NCBI GenBank assembly: GCA_905178155.1 | Contig: CAJINV010000010.1 | Location: forward strand, 1,695,182-1,759,181 | DNA from: Amoebophrya sp. A120 | Taxonomy: Eukaryota; Protista; Dinoflagellata | Direction of reading: 5' to 3' | DNA: 64,000 nucleotides | Shown here: positions 23,301 to 34,404 of the stretch, one piece after another | How positions within the stretch are numbered: the first letter of the stretch is position 1 | Layout: each line of letters opens with the position of its first letter | Made by a program: the position numbers and the translations under genes | The notes under the pieces: model-generated | Told to the model about the DNA's origin: nothing | Database searches by the model: none | What the model saw: the letters and a program-made list of their open reading frames with translations, nothing else

Positions 23301-26300
23301 TGGCGATGTCGGGGCCATACCCCAAAGGCGACGGTGGCGCGAAAGATCTTCGCCGGACCGGGTCCGCGGATTTAGGGGGTTGCAAGGTTGTGGAAGAGCT
23401 AGAGCCGCCTATCTGCTCGTTCGGGAAAGAAGGTCCACCTGGTCCTCCACTGCCGCCGATAACTACTCGTCGCTTCGCGCCGGCGGAAAACGCGGGCAGT
23501 CTATGCAGTGCAACCGCATCGTACTAGTGTACAAAACGCAATACAAATTTTTGCAGAAGGTGAAAAAGAGAGTTCTTTGTAATGCTGACTTGGCTAAGAG
23601 CAAAGATTTGTCATGCATGTTTGCAATTAGTACGAGTGCAATGCTTTGGCAGTTCATACAGTCTCGTTCGCAACATGTTCGCGGAATCATCCACCATTAC
23701 ATCGCCTTCTGCGAGGTTTGATATTTCTTTACCAGGACCAGGAGCACCAGCGCTGTCCGGACTGGTGTTGCCGGTTGCTATCGCGTTCGTCCGTAACTGT
23801 CCGAAGTCCCACATGCCGTAGTTTCGGAGCATCTCCTCCGTTTCCGCGGTGAAAAGTTCGTAACCCTGGTATCGGTAAACCTCTTCCTCTTCAAAATCCC
23901 GGAACCAGTTGCGATTCGCGATCGCTTGGTCATGGTGGGACTTGGAGAGCGGGGAGTGGATGTCGTCCTGCGTGATGGACTTGTTCAATTGCAGTTTCAC
24001 CCTCGGAAGCTCGAGGTTCAAGGCGGAGAAGTCGCGGTTTTGCAGCAAATTCTGCTTCTCCGGCCGGGTGGTTTTCTTCTTTGGTTTACCATGTCGGTCG
24101 CGCTTCGGACTCAGAGCCTGGATGGAGTGGAACATATGTTATGCACGAATTTTTATGCTAGTATAGAAATGTGAGAACCTTCGAAGCCGATGCGCATGTC
24201 GTGGTACTTACACAGAGATTCTTCAAGAAAAAAATGCGCTATACAATTTCTTTCTTCAAAATCATACCTTGTCCTCGTCGGCTGCAATTTGGTGCAAATA
24301 CGTTCCAACGAGCCGCAGCACCTTTTCGCCCGACAGTTCTTCCTCATCCGCCTTCAACCTGCCTGAGCTGGTAGAGGAGCTACTGCTGTTATCGCCTCCT
24401 CGCTTCTTTTATGAACTGAAAAAGTACTATCGTACTCGTATAAATGCATTACAAATTTCCTCAACATGAAGATAAAGAAAATTTGTAATCATTACAAATT
24501 TTCTTTATCTTCATGCATTAAATGCAGACTTAGCTTAAGAACAAGATTACTATTTAGACTGCAGCAAACCAGAACTTTTGAAGCTTTGGGGTATGTTCTG
24601 GGGTATGCAAAGTGGCTGCATAGCATCGGGATTCGTAATTTGCAGGCCACACCCCAAAACATACCCCAGACACACCCCCGACACACCCCAGACACACCCC
24701 CCCGACAAGAACTGCTGAAGCTTTGGGGTGTGTTCTGGGGTATGCAAAGTGGGTGCGTAGCATCGTGATTTGCAATTTCCAACCCACACCCCGAACACAC
24801 CCCGGACACACCCCAGACACACCCCAGACACACCCCAGACACACCCCCGACATACCCCAGACACACCCCCGGCCCACACCCCCGACACACACCCCAGACA
24901 CACACACACAAACACCCGACACACCCCAGGCAAACCCCGGGGCACACTCCCGAACACACCTCGGGGAAATACAAGCCGGACACATCGTCCCCGAACAGAC
25001 CCCGGGCGCGTTCGGACGCGACTCCGAATGGCATGGCCAGCGAGTGTCAACAAAGATAAGCAGGCCCACTCGGGGGGGTGGACCCCGCGAACCCACTCGC
25101 CGCCGTGCCTTGGGATGTGTTTGTTGTTGGTTTGCCCCGTGCGTAGACATTCCGGGCGCGCCGATCTACCAAGCCCCACGCGGGTGCCTTTTCTGCGCCG
25201 ACAAAACAAGCGCGCGCCCGACTGAGAATGAAAGGTGGGCGCGTATCTATGGGCCCTGCGCTTTTCTGCAGAGATAGCACAGAAATAACACGGAAGCGAA
25301 GGGCCACAGGGGGCTCCTTTTATTCTATTCATACACGCCACCACCCAGGCCAAGAACGCCGGGCGCGTCGGCTTTTATTCCAGACCAAGCACAACAGTGG
25401 GCCCGCTTGGCGCAAACACGCAGGCACAGAGAGCGACGGGCGCGCAAACATTCCAGGAGGCGGATCTCCCGAACCCCCGTAGGCGGTCCCGCCCCCATGT
25501 GGGCATGGGCCCCCGCGGTGGCGCCACGTCCAAACATGTGAGAGCGCCTCCCGGGCACCGCAGGCTGGCACGGCCCGCGGCCGGCCGGGCAAGTGCCCAA
25601 GGCCAACGCGAGGACTCTGCGCCCGCGCCATGACCGAGGGGCGAGCTTTGGGCGCCTGCATCCCGGAGGGAACACCCCATGGCCCGGGCGCCAAACCCCT
25701 AGGCAAACGGGGAGACCCTGTCCCAGCGAGCGTCACCACATGACGGAGGGGCTACCTAGTGGTCACGGGCCCACCCTGCCGGCCCGGACACCGCATGGCC
25801 CAGGGGTAAAAGCCCTAGGTCAGCGCGGGGACTCTGTCCCCGCGCCATGACCTAGGGGCTGGGTAGCTTTAAGCGCTTCCCGGACAGGCAGCGAGGGAGC
25901 GCGCGGCCCAGGGGCAAAAGCCCTAGGTCAGCGCGGGGACTCTGTCCCCGCGCCATGACCTAGGGGCCAGCTTTGAGCGCTTCCCGGACAGCGAGCGTGC
26001 GGCCCAGGGGCAAAAGCCCTAGGTCAGCGCGGGGACTCTGTCCCCGCGCCATGACCTAGGGGCCAGCTGCAAGCGCTTCCCCTTCCCGAACACGGCCCCG
26101 GGGCAAAAGCCCTAGGTCAGCGCGGTGTGGACTCTGTCCCCGCGTCATGACCTAGGGGCCAGCTGGATGGAAGCGATTCCCGGGAGCCGTACGGCCCAGG
26201 CGCAAACGCCGCAGGTCAGCGCGGGGACTCTGCGGCCGGCCTCTTGCTTTCAGTATAGGTAGCTCAAAGTTTCGAAATTTCTGGCGTGCTGTCCACGTAT

Positions 26301-26608
26301 CTACGTGCGCCACGTCCTGCAAATGGCGGGAAGGTCGCTGCACGGGGGCCCCCGCCCCCGTGCCCTGACCTTGTTTGTTATGCATGATCGAAATACGAGT
26401 ACGATACTTTTGCAATGCATATCTTTTTTCCTTTCGGCGTCTGCTCCAGGGAGGACAGGAGATCCAGCGACGAGTTCGCCCCTTGACGGGTGAATGGCCC
26501 AGTACCACCAGCAGCACCAAGGCCACCACCTCCACCTGCGGTAGTTCCGAGCGTGCTCCCGGACCGACCAAACAGGCTCGCAGCGCCGACACTGCTCGGG
26601 GTGGCCAT
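17332..26608 (-). CDS. Large hypothetical coiled-coil protein with a CxxC...CxxC motif and low-complexity C-terminus; multi-exon
   Basis: ORF pieces 26378-26608, 23611-24135, 22882-23385, 21635-22408, 20772-21224, 19924-20607, 18824-19444 and 17550-18731 join in frame when introners are removed. Junctions at ~22940-23070 and ~24140-24266 are uncertain. Confidence 0.65.
17477..17644. mobile_element. Introner, F-like family; left end AA instead of TA
   Basis: DR TGGAA/TGGAA; TIR ATCACA.G.AAAAGTGTTA. Confidence 0.8.
18686..18838. mobile_element. Introner, family A
   Basis: DR CCGGA/GCGGA. Confidence 0.88.
19520..19675 (-). other. GT-AG intron built on a degenerate introner (TA..TA core 19524-19674)
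   Basis: G-TATGT...TA-ACAG; residual TIR TGATTGCATT/AATGCAATCA; in-frame KER|LLS. Confidence 0.7.
19793..20008. mobile_element. Introner, family E; left end TC
   Basis: DR AACCT/AATCT; inverted near-copy of 20595-20822. Confidence 0.85.
20595..20822. mobile_element. Introner, family E
   Basis: DR TTCCT/TTCCT. Confidence 0.9.
21246..21393 (-). other. Canonical GT-AG intron carrying GCATGACAAA boxes
   Basis: AAG|GTATTT...CTCAG|TCC; in-frame QKK|SADLE. Confidence 0.75.
21458..21717. mobile_element. Introner, family D
   Basis: DR CCTGC/CCTGC; can splice as GT-AG. Confidence 0.9.
22367..22512. mobile_element. Introner, family A
   Basis: DR AAAGC/AAAGC. Confidence 0.9.
23502..23658. mobile_element. 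Introner, family A
   Basis: DR CAGTC/CAGTC. Confidence 0.9.
24645..24960. repeat. Imperfect (ACACCCCAGAC)n 11-mer array within two ~138-bp tandem units
   Basis: Directly visible; units start about 24571 and 24709 with AGAACT..TGAAGCTTTGGGGT. Confidence 0.85.
25590..26235. repeat. Tandem array of ~93-108-bp units, each with a 45-nt hairpin
   Basis: CCCTAGGTCAGCGCGGGGACTCTGTCCCCGCGCCATGACCTAGGG at 25813, 25921 and 26017; variant at 26110; degenerate at ~25596, ~25697 and ~26209. Confidence 0.92.
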
Positions 26609-27272
26609 GGATTCTGAGGGGAGAAGGAGATGATGAACAGACTACGATGAGAAATCAACTCCGGCACTCCGCTTCATCACCACCTTTACGAACTGTTATG
26701 CTGTGACAACAACAGAACATGCTGACGCTTAGTCTTCCTTCTGGATTCAAACTAAGCCGGACCAAAAGCAGGTGACGACATTGCATTTGCAAAACTCCAC
26801 GAAAATAACAAAGCAGAACTCCACCACGAAACCGAAGATCTTCGGATACGAACGACGATCCGTCTACTCTACGAAGATGAAACGAAGGAGCCAAGCCGAA
26901 AACGATTGCGCCTTGTGCGCTCGTGGTCACGAATCTTCACGATTGTGTCTTCGCTCCAATGCTGTTGTAGTACTCGTCTCTGATCAACAACAGGGCACAG
27001 CGAAAAATCAGATCACGATGTGTTGAGCTGCGAACCATTTGGATTCGGGTCACAAGAGCGATTAGATGGAAGCGCAAACACCATAGTCAAATGTCACATT
27101 CTACTGCGGGTTCGCAATTGAGTAGCTCGGGTTTTTTTGTTATTTCTGCGTCGTTCATGAAGTTTCAGGATCAGAATGATCGCTTGGAAAAAATGCGTTG
27201 CAAATCTTTGTTGCGTGTTCGTTTAGATTTTCTTCAAAAGAGATTCAAAGTGGATCTGGTGGCAAAACCGCC

Positions 27273-30200
27273 TCAGCCACCGCCGCCTCCTTGCCAATTC
27301 TGGTTCATGTTGTTCATCATGTTCATATTTTGCATCGCAGCCAGGTAGTTGGTCGTGTTCTGCTGGTTCATCATACTGTTCATATTGTTCATGTTGCCCA
27401 TCATCTGCTGCTGCTGATTAAGGTTCATCATATTATTACCATTACCGCCTCCATTGTTCTGCTGCATGGCAGCTGCTGCCATCTGCATCTGCATCGGGTT
27501 GTTGGTGGCTATGCTGGTAGACATGTTGCCATTCATGCTCATATTATTTCCCATCATGTTCATGCCGTTGCCGTTCATATTTTGCCCCATCATCATGTTG
27601 TTCTGGGCACCGGCCATCATGTTGTTTTGTGCGCCGCCGCCGCCGCCACCCAACATGTTATTCATTTGCACACCGCTGCCGGCGCTCCCAATGCCGGCAC
27701 CCATATTGACGCTCTGGCCTCCCATCGTGATGCCCTGACCTGCGTTCATGTTGGTGAAGTTGTTCAAAACCTGCATGGCCTTCATCACCTCTTGCAAGTC
27801 CACTGGTTGCTGCTGCTGCTGCTGCATCTGTTGCTGCTGCTGTTGTTGCATGAAAGCTGCACCAGATTGCTGCTGCATGTTTACGTTGCCAGCCAGCTGT
27901 TGCTGCATAGCATTTGTCATTGCAGCCTGCTGCTGCGTTGATAATTGAGAGGATGTATTATTACCGGCGGCAGCAGCAGCTTCATCACTGCTGTTGTTCA
28001 TGTTCGCATTACAGCTCTGCTGTGTGTCGTTGTTCCAAGAACCGAAGTTGCTCGCCATTGTTGCTGACATGGAAATTTTGTCGGCGCTCTCAGCTGCTCC
28101 AAAGGTGTTGCCGCCTTTGTTTCCGCTATTAAAAGATGATGATGAGCTACCTGTGAAACCGCCTTTCATGTTCATCCCTGCTGTTGTACCATTGCCGTAA
28201 TTGCTCTTGCTGTTGAAAGAATCGCTGTTCATCCTCTGCACCTGCGAGCCCTTCCAAGCGGCACGCGGTTGCTGCTTGTTCTGTTGGTAGCCAGAACTAG
28301 AAGATGTAGCAGTTGCTCCAGATCCAGCAGTGGTTTGGTGGTTCCAGTTGTTCCAAGAACCGTTCGATGAGTTCCCCCCAGATGAAGATCCCTTCTGCTG
28401 TTGAGACTGCAAAAACTTATTGTACTGGGAGTAGAAATCGTCCTGCTTACTTCCGTCTTCCTCGTTGTTCTTTTCAGCAGAAGCAGATGCTGATGATGCT
28501 GCAGCTGCCGCACCACCGTGGTCTTCCGCCGCTTTCTGGTCTTGCTCCTGGAGGTCGTGGTTATTCGGGAAAAAGTTGCTTTTCTGGTTTTGCTTCCCAC
28601 CCTTCATCTTGCTGCCGAAAGAGCCGTTACCAGAGAACCCAGCACTGTCGAATGATCCACCTTTGGAACCAGCACCGGCTCCACCGAAGCTGTTCATCTT
28701 ATTGGCGCTTCCGAAAGAACCGTTCTGCTGGTCAACAAAGGCATTGTTCTTCTTTCCTTTTCCCTTGCCATTCTTCTTTCCAAACTCACCCTTATTTTTC
28801 GCGCCAAAGAACTGCGACTGATCTCCCCCAGCTTGAGCCCCAGCTTCTCCTTTGTAGCCGCCAGCACCTGCTCCAAGGGCGACCTCGTTCGGATTCCCCG
28901 TCGAGTTGTCTCCTCCTTCTGGATTGTTAGTGTCCTTACCGAACATCTTGCCACCCTTTTTCCCGCCGCCTTTCAGCATATTCTTCCCGTGCAGCCCCTT
29001 GTGGCCCTTTTTCCCACTCGCGTTGTGCTTCCCCCCCGCGCCGTGGTGGTTTCCGCCCTGTGCGATGATCACTTTCCTTTTCACGGTTTCCACGTCCATG
29101 AGAACCAAATCGTCAAACCCTTCCAAATCCGTCCAGTCGATCCAATGCCCGTCCTCATCCAGGTCTTCGATAACCCCCTCGGTGCCCTTCGGAACGATCC
29201 GCGGCACATTCGTCGTTTCCAGTTTTCGCCGTTTTTTCGGAGGGGCTCCTTCCTGCTGGACATCAGCTGCGTCCTCCGAAAAATCTTCTTCCTCCTCCTC
29301 CCCTCCTTCAAACTCTTCGTTTTCATGCGGGTACAAAATGTCCTTCGTCGCGAGAACGATGTCGCCGATCTTGAAGCCGTGCAGGAAATCTGCCTTCTTC
29401 TTTTCCAATTCCGTGAACAAAGGCCATTGGTCCTCTAGATGCTCTGCGGTCACGATGAAGCGGGGGAATTCGGCGACTTCGCGACCCTGCAAGTTCTCCT
29501 TCACCGTGCGATCGGGAAGAACTTCAACCAGGTTGACCTGTTGTGGGGGAAGAGATTTTAGGATATGCGGAGGTTCTTCATGGGGTATTCTTGGCGCAGA
29601 CGATTTTGTCTTCAGACAGTAGCTATGGCTGCTCACGTTGGGCTTGGGCGAGTACTACAAAACTGCATGAGAAGAGGTTGATGTATTCGCAATCCAAAAT
29701 CTACATGTAGTTTTCACTTAACATTGCTTCCCAAAAATACGGCAGGACCACTTGATGTTAATAATTTGAATTTCGAAAAGATAAAGAATCTGACGTCATC
29801 AAGTGAGTACCTGTCGACTGTGTGCGTTGTACTTGCTGACATTAGGGTTCGCGAAGGGGAACCGGTCGCGCAGGTACACTTTGATGTTCCCCGACGCGAT
29901 CTCGTGGAAGAAATCCTGCAACTGGTTGTCTTGCCCATCTTGGTGCTCTACTTCTTCGGGAGCTTGTTGTTCGGACTTGGTCTCCGCAATTTGCTCGGCA
30001 CCTTCTGTCGAGATGACCGTTTCATCGGCTTTATTTGGTCGTCCCACTGCAGCTCCTGACGTCGCGGTTGCACTCGTGACGTCCCCGTTCTCCTTTTGGT
30101 GCTCGTGCCCCGTTACAGCTGCCCTCGTGGCTGCAGGGAGAGGTTGATTCTCCGAGGTAGACGGAAGCCCATCCACTTCCATTTCAGCGTCGGGAACGTC

Positions 30201-31490
30201 AGCGTGTTCACCCTCGGCCGAGTGGCTGTGCTCAGCGTTAATATTATTGGCGAAAGGATTGGCCGGCGGAGGCAAGAAGTTCTTCATCTCGCCAAGAGTC
30301 ACATCTGTCTGTACATCTACTTCGGGCCCCGCCTGTTCGTCCTGTGCAGAATCCTCTTGTTTCTGTCCGGCCTCGACACCAGCCCCGAGGGCCTCGTCCT
30401 GAGCGGCCGCCTCGAAGTCTACTTCCGCATCTGCAGTTCCACTTGCCTCCCCACCTGGCGCAATATTAGAACCTTTTGCAGATGATGAACTTTGCATTGT
30501 CGTTAAAAACCTGGCCAGCAAATCCTGCACCTTCGTATCTTCATCCACCGGCTCGTCGATGAACACCTCTTTTTCCGCATTCCCCCCGAAAAACGACCAC
30601 TCCAACCGCCAGTGGATCTTCCCGGTCGTTTTGTCTACGAAGGAATTGTTCTTTTTCGCATGATCCAACCCGATATCGGCCAACAGCAACCGCGTCCGCC
30701 TTTTTTTCGCCTCGGCCACTAGCCCGGTGTCCCGGTAGAGAAATTGGTCTTTGATCTTCTTCTTTTTTTTCTTCTTCGCCTGTGTCGCCGTCATCGTCGG
30801 CTGGAGCTTCATCTTTTCTTCTAACGACTCCTTATTCCGGTAATCTCTCTCCAATTCGTCGTTCACATGGTCTAAGAAATGGTAGTCTTGCATTATCGTT
30901 TTGTCGTTCATCAGTTTCAAATTGGTCGCCTTGTCGTTGAACCTCGTTCTTTTTCCGCTGCACTTGAAAACCTGTTTGTGCTTGATACTGCACTTCAACG
31001 AACAGGTCTTCCGGTTGCAGCACGGGCAGGTGTATTTCCGGTGCTGCTCGCCTTTCTTCTGGCACACGGCGCAAGTGAGTGGGCAGTAGCCGTCGGTTTT
31101 ATTTGATGGATCATCTTCACCATCTGCATTTTCTGCCTCGGTGGGAATTGTCACCTCCGGGCAGGCAGGCGCTGCGGCAAGGTCTTCTTGGTTCTCATCT
31201 TGACGATGGTGCTGTTGGTCGTTTTGTGCGTCTGGGGCCGCTTCAGCTTCTATTTTTTCTGCTGCATTTGAAGGTGGACCGGTCGTGGACGAGAGAGAGG
31301 GAAATATAGATGCGGTAGTCGTCGTGGTGGTTGGTGTGGGTTCGCCTACAGTGCTGGACGACGACGCGGCCGAGGTCGTGCTCGAGGATGCGGGGGTGTG
31401 GTCGGGGTCGTGGTGCTGTTCCTGTTGCGGCTGGTTGTTCTTTGCCGGGATGAAAGTGGTCTCGGAGACCACCTCGATTAATTGCTTCAT
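27273..31490 (-). CDS. BCD1: Box C/D snoRNP assembly factor Bcd1/ZNHIT6-like with long Q/N/M/G-rich tail (~1,353 aa, 2 exons)
   Basis: zf-HIT CAVC...YTCPCC...TCSLKCSIKHK...CSGKR, DYHFL, IHWRLEW in exon 1. C-terminal Bcd1 motif LQGREVAEFPRFIV lies in the next ORF. Joined in frame by a GT-AG intron at 29810-29655. Confidence 0.78.
29655..29810 (-). other. Canonical GT-AG intron in BCD1
   Basis: CAG|GTACTC...TTGTAG|TAC; in-frame join. Confidence 0.7.
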
Positions 31491-32297
31491 TTTTGGTTTA
31501 AAAAAAGCAAAACAAATAAAGCAAATAGAAATAATCCGTACGAGTCGTGTTTTCGTGATGGCAATGGGTAAAGCAGTCCTAGAAGAGGTAAAACTGAAAA
31601 ATGACCAATAAATTCATTAAAACGTCGTCGACAACTGTCTGGATCGAGAAGATGTAAAGGATTTGTCTAGCTTCAGTTGGATATACAGTCGTCTCTGGGG
31701 TGGCGTCCTGTTGAGCAACTGAAGGAAAAGAACGGCGATATAGTAAGGAGGTATGTGGTATTTTAGCACCGATCAGAAACACCTGGACCAAAACCATGCA
31801 GATCTGCATTTATCTGGGGAGGCCAAATTTCGTTTAGATCTTGATCGTCTCTACTCTCTCTTCGTTTGAGTTTGTCACATGGAGATCTTTTCCATCTTCG
31901 AATTCAAATTCATTTTCATCTTCCTCACGATAATGCATCTGGTGATTCAGGTTCCAGGAAACTTATTCGGAATAATCCTCAAGAACAACCGAATTGTTTT
32001 CACACGATGATCAAATTTTTTCCAGTGAAGTATGATAAAACAACCGATTCCGAATCCGATCCTCGCCTGATATTGTTGTCATGGCATCACAGTGGACGTA
32101 ATGATCAAGATTTTGTTAGACTTCTGCCGTAGATACGGCGGAAGCGGATTTGCACGACCAATCGTGGATAATTGTACCTCTGCTGATACGAAAGGCATGT
32201 CACCAGCAACTGCATTTCTATCCTCCAGGCGTTGGTTTACAACCAAGAGTCAAATAAACGACGGTTTTGTATCTATCTTCCAATCACTGTCGCGCAA

Positions 32298-32888
32298 TTA
32301 TACATCAGTATCACTCGACGCGTGGCAGAATAAATGCTCATTGGTTACGCATTGCCACTCGATTTCCTCTTGTTGCTGTCCGATGTAGATGCACCTGCCC
32401 TTCGAGGAGCACTTGCAGTCATCCTCGTCCTCGGCTTCCACACCTTTGCACCGCTGTTCTGGTGGGAGTTGTACGAGCTCGGCTGCCCTAGGAGTTGACA
32501 TTTTTCCCCGATCGTCGCGGGCTGCGATCCTTTCCGGATGGACATGTGTTTTGTCGTAGGCGCGCGGCAAGACACTACCTGTGTACCCATTCGTTGACCT
32601 CTGCGGCCACTTCCCGGTTTTCCAACGTTCGCCGAGAGTCTTCATTGCGCTCGACCAAATGTTGCTCACCTCCAGGACCGTGCCCTCGGATTCTGCCGCA
32701 AGGCCCGTACTCTCCGCGAGGTCCTCCGCCGCCAGCTCGCTGAAAAACTCCGCATCCGCAGCGATGTCCGCCGTAGATTTTTGTCCTTCACCAGCGTCGT
32801 ACCCCGCCGCAAAGACCACGAACAGGTCGACGCACAGGAGGACGGAGGTCATCACCAGAGCGAACAGGAAGTCCGCGGTGAAATTCAT
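32298..32888 (-). CDS. Small secreted/membrane-targeted Cys-rich protein (paralog A)
   Basis: 196-aa ORF with hydrophobic signal-like N-terminus and Cys-rich C-terminus. The N-terminus is duplicated at 35220. Confidence 0.55.
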   Translation of the reverse strand: MNFTADFLFALVMTSVLLCVDLFVVFAAGYDAGEGQKSTADIAADAEFFSELAAEDLAESTGLAAESEGTVLEVSNIWSSAMKTLGERWKTGKWPQRSTNGYTGSVLPRAYDKTHVHPERIAARDDRGKMSTPRAAELVQLPPEQRCKGVEAEDEDDCKCSSKGRCIYIGQQQEEIEWQCVTNEHLFCHASSDTDV

Positions 32889-33562
32889 TTTGATGTTGTT
32901 TTCTTGGAAGATAAGTACTGGTGTACGAAGATACTTTTTGCTGGAAAAACCACGTCGTTGAAACCGCTAGCAATTTACACCAACACCACAGCGTGGTCGT
33001 GTTGTTCTCCCCCTGCTGCAAGACAAAGTCTTCGTCTTAACAAGAAAAAAGCTTCGTTTCTAGTTTGCTCTATACATTTTCAATTCGATCGCGTTTTTGG
33101 ATGAACATGAAATGTGGCAGTGAAACAACAAGTCGTCTTGTTTCTGTTGGTCCTGCGCGCCTAACCCAATTCATCGTAACTATTTCCACAAAATTAAAAT
33201 GATGCTGGCGGAGGACACTTTCATGTCTACTACCTCTACGAATATCCAGATGCGCCTCACCATCGATCGTGCGGACCGAAAACATAGAAAGTGCCCTCAT
33301 TAGGACATGATAATACACACGAAAATTCACGAAGACGACCCGTTGCACTCACGACTTACACTCTTCGTGTACCTTCTGTCAGTGACAGTTTCACGACTCA
33401 AAAGCACATCAGATGATCTTCCATGATCATCTATCTTTGTATCTCCGACCGATAGGCTAAGCGGATTTTTCACTAGAACTGAATTACGGAGCTGCAGGTA
33501 GCACTAGCTTCTCACGAGCGAACAACATCAAGCCACGAAACACATACACCTTTACGAAATTC
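32722..33562 (+). repeat. Segmental direct duplication, copy 1 (N-terminal coding + upstream region)
   Basis: Aligns by eye with 35054-35888. Confidence 0.9.
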
Positions 33563-34404
33563 ATCACGATATTATTATTAATGCAGTTCTTGGTGTTGAT
33601 CCCGATCCACGTTTCGGGAAACTTATTTGGGCTTATTCTCAACCGAAATGCTCTCGCCTTATAATCAATTTTTCTAAAGGAGTATGATTTTATTTTTCTA
33701 AATCAACCGATCATCCAATTATATATAGTGGACGCAGTGATCAAAGTTTGAACCTGCTGTCGCAGGTGATACGGGTGCACCACTTGCGGGCATCTCTGCT
33801 TGTGCTCGTCAGCAAGTGCATTTTCATTATCTTCCTGGTTACAACACATCCTCCGAAAATCTACGTCGCTCCTGTGCATGCAACACACTAGGGAAGATAG
33901 GATTTAGATTTATCATGCTGCAATATCACACACATTTTTGCCGCGTTTATCAAGCTTGACAAGCAATCTGATGGGTGTTTTATTACAATTCATTTTGATT
34001 TATTTAAGCTTGCGCATCAAGCTCGAGGCTGAGGGAAAGCGCAAGTGATTTGAACTCGCAACTCTTAACTTCGTTCTGGATCAACAAAGTTTCGTTAGAA
34101 GAGGCAAAAGAATAGTTTGACTTCGTCAAGAGCACGAAGAGGAGCATCTTTCACAACACATATTTTTGTCCGAAGAGCATTCGGCTCTAGCTGACGCCGC
34201 AACTGATAGTGAAACTGAAACTAGGACAAGAAGCAGATGAGGCATAAATGGTGACAAACAGCAGATGCTATACAAAAGAGAGTCCGTCACGAAGGTCATT
34301 TCAGTTTTGTAGTATATCGATTTCACTTGTTTGCGTCCGTGCACGAGATTTTATGTAATGAAAAGTGATCGGTCAGAACTTTTTTCGATGCACTGGGATC
34401 GGTG

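Larger units (their letters stand above)
24549..26375. mobile_element. Nested GC-rich non-coding insertion (non-autonomous Helitron/Helentron-like?)
   Basis: Interrupts the family-A consensus at AAGATT|TGT(A/T)ATG. Terminal 10-bp GC hairpin at 26340-26363; internal tandem repeats. Confidence 0.55.
24410..26421. mobile_element. Giant (2,012 bp) family-A introner with nested cargo
   Basis: Family-A termini at both ends, DR TCTTT/TCTTT; removal joins TPKGKK|KRGGDN in frame. Confidence 0.88.

Noticed and set aside
24140-24266. Additional degenerate introner
   Set aside because: An in-frame join is possible, but TIR and DR are too weak to list.
24492-25353. Long GVC/THP-repeat ORFs as proteins
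   Set aside because: They are open in several frames on both strands only because of the 11-mer repeat, and they lie inside an intron.
25590-26235. CRISPR array
   Set aside because: Linkers are homologous to each other rather than unique spacers, there are no cas genes, and the context is eukaryotic and intronic.
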